Below, piece by piece: positions 1 to 11,434 of a DNA stretch of 64,000 nucleotides. Within the stretch, counting starts at the first letter, position 1. Each line of letters starts with the position of its first letter. The notes beneath the pieces are model-generated. The model had not been told where the DNA came from and did not search any database. It saw only the letters and a program-made list of their open reading frames with translations. The position numbers and the translations under genes were made by a program. The DNA is taken from assembly GCA_010093815.1 (NCBI GenBank), contig ML996569.1; one strand, given 5' to 3'. This DNA comes from Pseudovirgaria hyperparasitica (lineage: Eukaryota).

Positions 1-895
1 GTCGTGCAAAAAAGAAAGATCAATCCAGCGTCCGCCGGTTAGATTCTCGCCAGCTGTTCCATCGGCCTTTGAGCTGGCAAGCGGACGCCCAAGACCTTTC
101 AAGGAGATGCCCATATGAAATGTGTTCGCCAGCAATTTGTGTGGAGCAGGACACACTGCAAGGGTAGTAGCCTTTCGCATCTCGCAGTAATTTCTGGCCT
201 GCTGCAGTAGTGAACTAAGTGAAGCATGTCCTCGAACCAATCGCAGCGTCCGGTCATGTTCGCGTGAACAGGCCAATCCCTGTCATCGAGATATGGACGA
301 GTGTATGAGATGGCTTCAGCATGGATGAGGCGTGTGTGGCAATGATCCTCCTCGAGAGCAAAATTCGGCTACATCATCATGTTCATATCGTCAGTCGCCA
401 GAGCGCGAAATTTTCGACTGGGACCTTGCTGCTCGATCTCGACAGTCAGTAGTCAAGCAGATGGGGAAAAATTGTGGATACATCAAACATGGGCAGAACC
501 TTCGAGGGTTCTATGAGTGGTGTATGAAGTGACAGAATTGCCCCGAGAGGATGAAGTTTTCAAATTTCAGGAAGTTCCGGTCAACTTTTTCAAGTTTCTG
601 CCTTAGAATATCCATCAGCCTGAGGCTTTAAATAATATTATGTAAGCGTGTAAAAGCGCGCCTGCCTGCATCTGGAAAGCTAGACGAGTCGCGATGAGGC
701 CAGAGAATACGTTCCGTCTGGCTGTTGTTGTGCGAAGCCAAAGGTGTATGCGGGCAGTACCCTCGACCCTTGAAATCCTCTTACGTCCCATTCCTCCCAC
801 GAACACGTCCATCTACACAGGCAATTGTAAATCGCGAAGCCCTGTCAAGAGAGTATACGCAAGTACTGAAGCTGCGGCTTCCATTGCTCCTCACC

Positions 896-3800
896 ATGGC
901 ATCTACTCCATCGATGCTCACTAAGGCATGTCGAACTCCGCACGCTTCACCAGCGCTGCCAACTGACTTGATTGATTAGTTTGAATCCAAGTCTTCAAGA
1001 GCGAAGGGTATTGCCTTTCACCCCAAGAGGTCAGATCTCTCAGTTTCCCTACCCCTCCGATATCTTACTAGCATCACAGACCATGGATATTGGTTTCTTT
1101 ACACAGCTCGACGATTCAATTATGGGACTATCGCATGGGCACCCTGATCGACCGCTTTGAAGAGCATGATGGGCCCGTTCGCGGCATCGACTTCCACAAA
1201 ACACAACCCCTCTTCGTTTCTGGCGGTGACGACTACAAGATCAAAGTTTGGTCATATCAAACACGACGATGTCTGTTCACGTTGAATGGTCATTTAGACT
1301 ACGTCAGGACGGTCTTCTTCCATCACGAGCTACCATGGATCCTGTCGAGTTCCGATGACCAGACAATTAGGATCTGGAATTGGCAAAACAGGTCACTCAG
1401 TATGTCAAGAGCCAAGCTTGAGGGTTACTTGGATAACTAACCCATCTTCAGTTTGCACCATGACCGGTCACAATCATTATACTATGTGCGCACAATTCCA
1501 CCCGAAGGAGGACCTCATCGTTTCCGCTTCGCTCGATCAATCCGTAAGAGTGTGGGATATTTCTGGCTTGCGCAAGAAGCATTCTGCTCCAACGTCGATG
1601 ACCTTTGAAGACCAAATGGCTCGTTCGAACCAAAATCAGGCAGATATGTTTGGCAATACAGACGCAGTAGTAAAATTTGTTTTAGAGGGTCACGATCGTG
1701 GAGTCAATTGGGTAGCCTTCCACCCTACTCTACCGCTGATCGTTTCTGCCGGTGATGACAGACTGGTAAAACTCTGGCGCATGAGCGAAACTAAAGCATG
1801 GGAGGTTGACACTTGCCGAGGGCATTTTCAGAACGCCTCAGCTTGTTTGTTCCATCCACATCAGGACCTCATACTTTCTGTCGGCGAAGACAAAACCATT
1901 CGAGTATGGGATTTGAATAAGCGCACATCCGTACAGTCTTTCAAGAGAGAGAATGATCGTTTCTGGGTTATCGCGGCGCATCCAGAGATCAATCTCTTCG
2001 CTGCTGGTCACGATAATGGCGTAATGGTCTTCAAGCTGGAACGTGAGCGACCAGCCTCGACAATCTATCAAAACAACCTCTTCTACATCACAAAGGAAAA
2101 GCATGTACGCTCATACGACTTGACGAAGAGCTTGGAGTCACCTTCGATGCTCTCGCTGAAGAAACTCGGGAGTGCTTGGGTGCCCCCGCGCACTATGTCC
2201 TATAATCCTGCTGAGAGAGCCATCCTTGTGACGTCTTCTGCCGATGGCGGCTGCTATGAGTTGATCAGTCTTCCTCGAGATGCGAGTGGCGCTGTCGAGC
2301 CCACAGACACGAAACGGGGCACCGGTAACTCCGCTGTGTTTGTTGCACGGAATCGTTTCGCAGTATTCACTCAGTCAAACCAACAAATCGATATCAAAGA
2401 TCTCTCAAACTCAACAACAAAGACCATCAAGCCGCCGCCGGGAACTATAGATATCTACTTTGGTGGGACTGGGTGCCTGTTCCTGATCACAGCGACGTCC
2501 GTTGTTCTTTACGACATACAACAGAAAAAGCAGCTGGCTGAGCTTGCCGTCAATGGAGTTAAGTACGTTGTTTGGTCATCTGACAATCTTCATGCTGCTC
2601 TGCTAAGCAAACACAACGTGACAATCGTCAACAAGAATCTCGAGCAGGTTAGCACATTGCATGAGACTATTCGTATCAAGAGCGCGACTTGGGATGATGC
2701 AGGTGTCTTACTCTACTCTACCCTAAATCATATCAAGTATACCCTGATGAATGGTGACAACGGAATTGTGCGCACTTTGGAACATACTGTATACCTCCAA
2801 AAAGTCCGAGGTCGCAACATCTACTGCTTAGATCGCGCCGCAAAACCCAAGATTCTTCAGATCGACCCAACAGAATACCGGTTCAAACTGGCCCTGATTA
2901 AACGCGACTATAACGAGATGTTGAACATCATTAAGAATTCTTCCCTGGTTGGCCAATCGATCATCGCATATCTACAAAAGAAAGGCTACCCTGAGATTGC
3001 ACTCCAATTCGTGCAAGATCCGCAAACACGCTTCGAACTGGCGATCGAATGCGGTAACTTGGATGTGGCTGTTGAGATGGCTAGGCAGCTCGATCGACCC
3101 AAGCTTTGGAGCCGTTTGAGCACTGAAGCTCTGGCACACGGAAACCACCAAGTCGTGGAGATGACATATCAGAAGCTGCGCAACTTTGATAAGTTATCAT
3201 TCTTGTATCTTTCCACCGGTGATTCAGATAAACTTAAAAGGATGGCTAAGATCGCCGAGCATCGAGGCGACATGACAGCACGCTTCCAAAACGGACTTTA
3301 CTTGGGTGATGCCGAGAATCGCATTGAGATGTTCAAGGAAATCGACCTTTACCCGCTAGCATATCTCACCGCAAAGACCCACGGACTTGAAGAAGAAGCG
3401 CAATCGATATTGGAGATCAGCGGCCTCACCGAAGACCAGATTTCTCTTCCACAGCTTGGTAGCCCTCTGAGTCCCCCAAAACCGGTGGTTCCTACATACA
3501 AAGCCAATTGGCCTGTCAAGACTACATCTTCCTCGGTCTTCGAGAAGGCACTTATGGGACAAGTCGACGCAATCGAGGACGCCGCTCCAGCGCCCAACGG
3601 ATCAGCCGATGATGACCTGCTCGGCGACGAGCTAACAGGTGCAACGGGTGCCCTAGGTGAAGACGAGGAAGACGAGGAAGCTGCAGGATGGGACATGGGT
3701 GATGACGTCGAGGTAGAGGCAGAGAGCGACTTCGTCAATGTTGAAAGCGCAGAGGGGGGTGCTGGCAGCAGCGAAGCAGACATGTGGTCAAGGAATTCGC

Positions 3801-4813
3801 CCATTGCTGCAGATCACGTTGCTGCGGGATCATTCGATACAGCAATGCAGCTGCTCAATCGTCAGGTTGGTGCTGTGAATTTCAAACCACTCGAGTGGCG
3901 ATTCCAAGAGATTTACCAAGCAACGAGAACATTTTTGCCCGCGAACCCTGGCCTACCTCCTCTTGTCAACTATGTGAGGAGGACAGTAAATGAAACCGAT
4001 TCAAGAAAAGTATTACCAATCATTCCGCGCGACTTGGAGTCAATCACTGCCGTCGACCTTCAGCAAGGGCGTAACCAAATGAAGAGCAACAAACTCGAGG
4101 ATGGCGTCCAAACATACAAGAAAATTCTGCAGCTTCTCCTTGTGAATGCTGTCGCGTCGCAGCAAGAGGTCATTGAGGTAAATAAACCATCGATCGCAAT
4201 GGTTATAGCTACTTACTTTGTCATAGGCCAAATCCGTCATTACAACATCTGCACAGTATGCTCTTGCCATGACTATAGAATTGGAGCGTCGTAAGATCAC
4301 CAACAACGCTACCGATGTATCCTCGCTGTCTGAGGACGTCAAAAAACGTGCCTTTGAGCTCTCTGCATACTTCACCATCCCCGAACTAGAACCCGCCCAT
4401 AAGACTCTCACTCTCCTCGCCGCCATGAACTTTGCAAACAAGAACAAGCAACTCTCTTCTGCATTGAGCTTCGCGAATTCGATGATTGATCATGGCACTA
4501 ATGCTAAGTTCAAGGAAAATGTACGCAAGTGTGCACTTTTGATGTGACATCACTAACGATACTTTTTTAGGCCAAGAAAATCAAGACCATATGCGAACGC
4601 AACCCCACCGATGTTATCGATATCGATTTCGACTCCTTTGCCGATTTTGACATCTGTGCTGCCTCGCTTACGCCAATCTACCAGGGCAGTCCTTCTGTTG
4701 CCTGTCCATTCGACGGCAGCAAGTACCATTCGAAGTACAAGAACACGGTTTGCAAGATATGTGACGTATGCCAGGTTGGTGCACCTGCTAGTGGGATCAG
4801 GTTGTTCGTTTGA
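896..4813 (+). CDS. COP1: Coatomer subunit alpha (multi-exon)
   Basis: Spliced N-terminus [49 protein letters not shown]40 repeats (GHDRGVNW), coatomer WD-associated region, C-terminal CPFDG..CKICDVC..GIRLFV*. First intron 926-979 is GC-AG; further introns near 1030-1079, 1400-1451, 4178-4226 and 4521-4570. Confidence 0.97.
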
Positions 4814-4970
4814 GCGTTTCGCCAGTGTGTTACGATTGTGCCCTCAAAATTTAGATAGGGACCTTTGTAGCGATTGGAGTACTATATAGCCATCGTGATT
4901 AAAATGACAGGCGCTAATTAACATAGACTATGTTGTGATCAAACTACATTGTGATAATCCTGCAATAGCC

Positions 4971-6872
4971 TCAAAAGCTCATCGCCCGCCGCCTCTGCAG
5001 TTTACCCCTCTTCTTCGATTCTTGTAGTTGGATATCGTCTTTCTTCACGTCTAACGCCGCTTCACGACCATCCTGATTGGATCTTTTGACCGTCTCTAAC
5101 GACAAGCCCGATCTCAGCATACAAGCGACGTCATAAGCGGCACACATATTTCTTCTCATCCTTCTTTCTCCTAAGCCCTCTCTGGCTTCAAGTGTCCTAG
5201 ACCTTGTTCGTGCCGCTGATAGTGGTACCGGTGCCAGGACTGCTGGTCCCAGCAAGGGTCGAGGAGTTTCAAAGGTAGGCCGGCCGCCTCGCGACAAGTA
5301 GTGCTCTAGATCGAAAGGTGTGTTCAGAGGGTCAGACGTCGGTGAAATGGATTGAGACAACATGTGAGGCGAGGTTTCAGATGTGTGTGCATGTTTCTCT
5401 GAACTTGAGGCTAAAGGTGCTGAGAAGTAGTCTTCCGCCCCTGGAGAGCCCTCTTCGGTACCGCGACTCGGTGTAAGAAACATACCAGAAGAGGCAGTCT
5501 TGGATATAAGCAGCGGACTAGATGACCCCAGCTGTTGCTGTCCAGCTGTAGTGACGGTTTCTGTGACTGACTCGGTAGAGTTCCAAGGTGCCATAGATTC
5601 TTGTTGTATGCCATAGGTCCTGGTCTGTAGGTCTTTGCATGTCGCTGTATCCATGCGTGTTTCATTCAGATACTCGACCATACCAAGTTGATCTTCAGGG
5701 CGCGAATGAGGAGATAATGGAGATTCTCTGTAGCGAGCATAAAAGCTAGCCAGTTTTGGCCTACTAAGAGGCATCACAGGAGCCCGAGATGTAGGAAGCG
5801 AACTATTGGGTGGAATTCTAGGCATCTCGGGTGGTTGTAACTCCAAGGAACTATGTACAGTATGTCTCCGCTCTTTGGAAAGAATGGAGCCCAGTCGGTG
5901 GCGTAGAACGGCTTCCCAAGGTCTCTTCAGGACGGGATCAGTAGTAGTGCGAAGAACGGGACCCATTGTGGAACTTCGACGTGTCCATGATCGCTTTATC
6001 CTGGTCAATGAATGCAAGAAGCCTGGTGACTTTAGGATGTGTGCAGGAGGGACGGACCCTCGCATAGCTTCCGATGATAGTGAGGTCATACTGTTCGTAC
6101 GAGATGCTTCTGGTCCACTGTTCTCAGATAGGAGGAGCTCCGCTATGGTTCGAGATCTGATGCTGTCCGAATCATTCGTATCCGCTGAGCTAGCGTTGGT
6201 GGCCACTTCACGGAGCATATTTCTCTCTAGGTGTGCCGAAACTTCAGTCGTTCCCGGATTGAACTCGCTCCAATCTAGGAATTCCTGTAGTGACTCGATG
6301 GGATTCCGTTGCGGTTGCGTTTCAAGACTGGGGGAATCCGTTGTTTTCCTTGGAGCTGCAGAGTCTCCCAAGGATGAGCTGGAAGACTTATGTGCATGTG
6401 ATGCAAGTAACGGACCCCTAGTATGATAAACTTGTGTCGGGTAACGTTTTCTTCTATTATGTTGGCGAAGACAACCCACAAACTCTGGTTGGTACTCTGG
6501 ACAGGGGCTGCGACCTTGGCTACTGCGAGTCCCAACTGGCTTGACTGAATTATGACTAGTTGCTAGCATTTCAGCTGAGCTCAGTTGAATAGTATCGTTC
6601 CGGGTAGCCTCTGGAGAATTAGGAATGTGAGGGTCAGACCCCAAGGCGGAAACTTCTCCCGAGAGATTCCGTGGAAAAGTCTGTTCGTAAGTCGCGTGCT
6701 GCTCCATATGAAGCCATTGTGAGGCATCCTCAGTCATCTGTTCACCAAATTCTATTACACGAGCTTCTTGGACCAACTCTTCACACCCAGCGAATTCGTG
6801 CTGGTTGTTTTTTGGTATGTATTTCATGTAGGCAAGATGCTGTATGGATGTGTGCAGCGAATTTTGTCGCAC
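4971..6872 (-). CDS. Hypothetical Ser/Pro/Arg-rich, probably disordered protein
   Basis: Uninterrupted 633-codon ORF with no recognisable domain. Start uncertain (first in-frame ATG at 6827). Confidence 0.7.
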   Translation of the reverse strand: MRQNSLHTSIQHLAYMKYIPKNNQHEFAGCEELVQEARVIEFGEQMTEDASQWLHMEQHATYEQTFPRNLSGEVSALGSDPHIPNSPEATRNDTIQLSSAEMLATSHNSVKPVGTRSSQGRSPCPEYQPEFVGCLRQHNRRKRYPTQVYHTRGPLLASHAHKSSSSSLGDSAAPRKTTDSPSLETQPQRNPIESLQEFLDWSEFNPGTTEVSAHLERNMLREVATNASSADTNDSDSIRSRTIAELLLSENSGPEASRTNSMTSLSSEAMRGSVPPAHILKSPGFLHSLTRIKRSWTRRSSTMGPVLRTTTDPVLKRPWEAVLRHRLGSILSKERRHTVHSSLELQPPEMPRIPPNSSLPTSRAPVMPLSRPKLASFYARYRESPLSPHSRPEDQLGMVEYLNETRMDTATCKDLQTRTYGIQQESMAPWNSTESVTETVTTAGQQQLGSSSPLLISKTASSGMFLTPSRGTEEGSPGAEDYFSAPLASSSEKHAHTSETSPHMLSQSISPTSDPLNTPFDLEHYLSRGGRPTFETPRPLLGPAVLAPVPLSAARTRSRTLEAREGLGERRMRRNMCAAYDVACMLRSGLSLETVKRSNQDGREAALDVKKDDIQLQESKKRGKLQRRRAMSF

Positions 6873-7440
6873 GGGCTCATATATAGAAATATGTTCATGA
6901 ATTAGGAGGTTTTGACAATTAAGAACTCCTCAATCGGAGTGGCGTGGTCAGGTAGTAAGGTGTACTAATTGAACGCGGAGACTGTGAGTCTATGGGTAAT
7001 GAGACCGCTATACATTGGTAGAGACATACCCAGAACTGTATGTCAGCTCTCGTGTTGCGACGTCAGTCTGCTTTGGGCTGCCGAACTCAGTATCTGCTCT
7101 GTGCCAGGCAGGAACGCATAGGCTGTTTTGTGTATAAGCTAAATGAGGTAGGTAGGTAGGTAGATAGGCAGAGTCGTGCGAACGAACCGATAGGTAGGTA
7201 GCCAGAAACGAATTGGACAATCTTGAGAGGTTGGGCAACGTGTATTGTGCATGGTTGTATCCCCGAATCACTCTCACAGCAAGAACGTGTGGGAAGACTG
7301 CGGCGCTCGGAGTTGTGGTTTCCATATATGTATTAATACAATATCAGCTCTAGTTACTACTAAACACACATATGAGGTACTGTGCGGGGAGTATTCTCTA
7401 TTGGCTCTAGTATGAACTATGTGTCGCACTGGTTCCTGAT

Positions 7441-8652
7441 TTACTCAGCGTCAATCATCTCTGTATCGTCCTCGTACAAGTCGTCTTCGTCATCCGAATC
7501 GGACTCAGAATCGTCCTCCGTGGTGCTCGTATCGCTAGAGAGACTTGCATCTGATGACGCATCTGTTTCTGGAGCAGGCTCATGGGAATAAAGGGCGTCC
7601 TCAGTGCCTGTAACAATCGTGTCATCCGCTGGGTCTTTAGGGGCATTGCTAGGCCCTGTAACTGACGGGGGCATAGATTCGCCTGGTCGCGTATACGCAT
7701 CTCGGGGTATAGGCGTATGCTTACGCATCTCCTCTTCGAATTCATCTCGCATCTTCGTTATGTCTCCATGTAGAGACCGTTCTGGCCTATTCCGGCGTCT
7801 CATGTTTGGTTTTGACTTGACAACGTGGTCCTGCAATGCTGTACCTTCGGTGGGGGAGTTATGCTGAGAACGTGAGTCGATCGCGTCATCTTCATCGTCA
7901 GATGGGGTGTATTGCGTTCTGTAACGCTGTGAAAAAACCCGATTCGGTCGAAAAGCACTCAAAGGGATCCTGTCTGTCTCATTTTTCTTTCTTTTGACTG
8001 CTTCTAGGCGGTTGATGAACCGTATCTGGCTTTGTTTCCCACCTGAGGCATCCCATCCAGGCCTTCCCGATAGACCATTGGTTAATATACCTTCTACTTC
8101 GTCCTCACCACCAGCACTTCTTTTTTTCAATTCAACACTAGTTGCTACAAGACGAGCGGAGCCGGCGCCGAGAAGGTCGAATTTCTTGCCAGCCTTGAGG
8201 GGGTCTTCGTTCATCTCGAATGTATCGACAACATTCGAAAAGTATAGGTCCGTCCCAAGAGCTGATGCCCACCGACAACTGAATACCTTGCCACCGTAGG
8301 AGATGATCGGGTTTTGGCCATGGAGCTCCATGATTTGAAGCTGGGTCTTTTCCTCGGTGTCATCTCCATCGATAGCATCACTTTCTTTATCCGACCTTGG
8401 CGCGCCACGCTCTTTGCCCTTCGGCTTGGAAGCAGTGGCCACGCCCGTCAAATCGAGAGTTACGTAGAAATCCTGGCATGATCAGTAATGCAAAGACAGA
8501 GTGTTGAGGAAGTAGCTGACATCGAATTCATCTTCATGATATTCATATTCCCATTCGTCCTCTTCATTGTTTTCGTGGTGTTTCTCATGTTCCTGTGGAG
8601 GAGCGATAGGTACCGCACTCAAGGAAGATGCTGTCGAAGCTTCATCTGCCAT
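7441..8652 (-). CDS. TFIIIC triple-barrel domain protein (TFIIIC_sub6-like)
   Basis: EDEWEYEYHEDEFD|DFYVTLDLT (intron 8473-8520) and LQIMELHGQNPIISYGGKVFSCRWASALGTDLYF match the fungal TFIIIC sub6 pattern; acidic tail. Confidence 0.8.
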
Positions 8653-9152
8653 TACACACTGGACGGGCCGGAGAAGTGGTCTGGGTAGAGGAATAATTCC
8701 ACCATGCTACGAGGGCGCATAGTGTTTATAGCAGAAGCGTCGTGCTCACTCGCAGAGCTCAAGGAAGAGAAAAGCTAACCAAAGCTATAGCTCTTGAAAG
8801 CACGGATAGCGGGGAGTCCCGGGGATAAGCGCGCGCATCCATGGATCTTCCGTGCTTTGAGCTGGCCCTCAGACCCCACTAAATCTACGGTGACGATTGC
8901 ATTGTAGGGCTGAAGGATGACCAAGGGACTATCGTAAGCTGTTGCAGGGAACAACATCATGAGCTCACTCCAGGCTCTCTACAACCCTTCTGGAACCGAC
9001 TGCGATGCCGTCAAGATCCAGCAAAGTTCTTACTATAAGTTGATATCTGGCGCTCCGATTTTGTCGAGCTGTAGCATCTTCTAGCCAGCTGACAGGCGGT
9101 CACTAGTGAGTAGACTCCCATGTCTTCAACCTCGCTTTGCATAGCCATATAA

Positions 9153-10977
9153 CTTCAATGCTCGAAGCTGTTATACACCCTAATTTCGCAAGATGTGTAT
9201 AGAAGATACACTCAGCGCTTAGGCACGATAATCGCTGACCATTTGTTGATAGTGCCAGCTGTTGTCAACCATGGTGGCCAGGTGCCCTTTGACTTCCAGC
9301 CTTCCTTAGGATATCCTTTAAACCCATCAATCACGTCCAAGACAAATACACAAGAATCAGAATCTACTATCCGCAATAGTGCTACGGAACAACGCTTTAT
9401 TAAGCCTGCGCCGGCCAATAGCAGGTCTACTCCTGACTCAATTGTTGTGAATATAACGGCCGGACCTGAACAAAGCCCTACATTGGATAGCACACACGTT
9501 TCTGCGAGTCTTTTCTCAACCATTCTGAAATACTTGACGTATCCAAATACATGTGAGAGCAGCGATACCCGGACAGCATCCAGCCCTAAGGGCTATAGTA
9601 AGACAATATCAAAACCAAGTCTGCTGTCTTGGGTCGGGGTCAAAGCTTCTGCGTGGCTCAATATATGCGGTCTAAGGCTCGTAAATTCTTGGGACAGGAC
9701 CCGATATAGGCACGCTGCGCAGAGTCAGGACACGACACATCAGGGCAAGGACTCGATGAGCGGGCACTCTGTTTCTGACATGTGGTCCGAGACCGGAATG
9801 ATGACCCGAGAGATTCCTGATTACGTCTTTGAATACGCACCGCTAGTACACCTTTACTCGGGTGAGAAATACTGGCCTGGAGACATTGGAGATCATCTGA
9901 TACATACAACTCCCCACCTCAACTACACGCCAATTCAAGCACAGTCAGATCACCCAAATCTGACCAATCTGAATGATCTGAACCAATGGGGACGATTCGT
10001 GTATCTTCAGAGTGATGACAATGTGGAAGATTACCCAGATTGGCTAGGTGGTCAGAAGAACATACCTACAGAACCGAGTCACAGTATTGGGCGTATCACT
10101 AAAGAGAAATATGAGAGTACAGAAGAATCATTTGCGAACACGAAGGAGACCGTATCAGGATTACCTCTTAAGTTGTTCGGCAAGCGAACAAATGGCGGTC
10201 GGAGCGATGCTCCGGCAGTCTTGGTGGTCGTACCGAAACCGAACGGGGTGGTCGATGCTTTCTGGTTCTTCTTTTACAGCTTCAATCTAGGTAATACTGT
10301 GTTTAATATTCGCTTCGGTAACCATGTAGGAGACTGGGAGCATACTCTAGTGCGCTTCCAGCACGGCGAGCCAACGGAGATCTTCTTTAGTGAGCACAAC
10401 TTCGGGCAAGCCTACTCGTTTGATGCAGTAGAAAAATCGAATAAACGAGTAAGTGCAATTCTTGCTGGGATCTATCGACCATTCATACTGATTGCGTTAA
10501 CTCAAGCCCGTGGGGTATTCCGCCACAGGCTCACACGCAATGTATGGCACTGCAGGCGAGCATCCATACGTTCTTCCGAATGGAGTCTTGAAAGATGTCA
10601 CCGACCGTGGTCCGCTTTGGGATCCACTTCTCAATGTTTACGCGTACACCTATGACTATTGGAGGGATGTTCTTCGTGCTTCGACTAGAACACCAGAGGC
10701 ACCACTTGAATGGTTTTACTTCAGTGGCCGCTGGGGCGACAAGATCTACCCACTCAGTGACCCGAGGCAATACATGCTACTCGGAAACTACCACTATGTG
10801 ACTGGTCCAACAGGACCTCGTTTCAAAAATCTAGCAAGGAAGAATGTGTGCCAGAATAATGATCGATGCATCATCAAGCACTGGCTGAGTGTTGACACGG
10901 AAATTCGTGAGCTCTCAAACTTCCCGAACGGCGAAGAAGTTTGGCAGGATGATCAGCCTCCAGATCAAGTGGAATGA
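9153..10977 (+). CDS. VPS62: Vps62-family protein (start unresolved)
   Basis: YAPLVHLYSGEKYWP, FWFFFYSFNLG, FGNHVGDWEH, YSATGSHAMY, D.TDRGPLWDP, GRWGD, GPTGP motifs; intron 10449-10506. Frame is open from 9153; first in-frame ATG is 9756. Confidence 0.88.
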
Positions 10978-11231
10978 ACATTGGGCATGCAATGTACACT
11001 AAGCTTCCAGATTTCAGTCGAAAATGCGCAATGCCATACATGTTTCTCGGAATCACTATTACAATGTCATTGTTCTAGATATTCTTAGACGTCTAAGTCC
11101 CAAGAACATATTTCTGATACGACTCACTAAATTAGCAATTGACTATACAGGTCAATCAACAGCAGGCATAATTACTTCTAGGATAAGTATATTGTCGAAT
11201 TGGTGGTAATTTTTGTGGTAATAAGGGGCGT

Positions 11232-11292
11232 GGTCCGTGCTAAACTAGTGAGTTTCCACGGACCTTTGTGTCGGCGCGTCGCGTCTCGCGTC
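11232..11292. promoter_or_regulatory. Hairpin plus three tandem CGCGT (ACGCG on minus strand) MCB-like motifs upstream of the DNMT5-like gene
   Basis: GGTCCGTG..AAACT-AGTG-AGTTT..CACGGACC inverted repeat (11232-11264) followed by GCGCGTCGCGTCTCGCGTC (11274-11292). Confidence 0.45.
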
Positions 11293-11434
11293 AGTTGCTG
11301 GATGCTCGACGTGAACCAGTGCCAGACATTATTAGGCGTGGATAATAGCTATAAAGCTGCACATGCAATCAAGTATTAACTAAGCTTTAATACAACTTTA
11401 TTCATTATCTGCAAATTTATATTCACCACTGCAG

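Noticed and set aside
1..830. Short ORFs upstream of COP1
   Set aside because: No recognisable coding signal; probably promoter or the edge of a gene outside the window.
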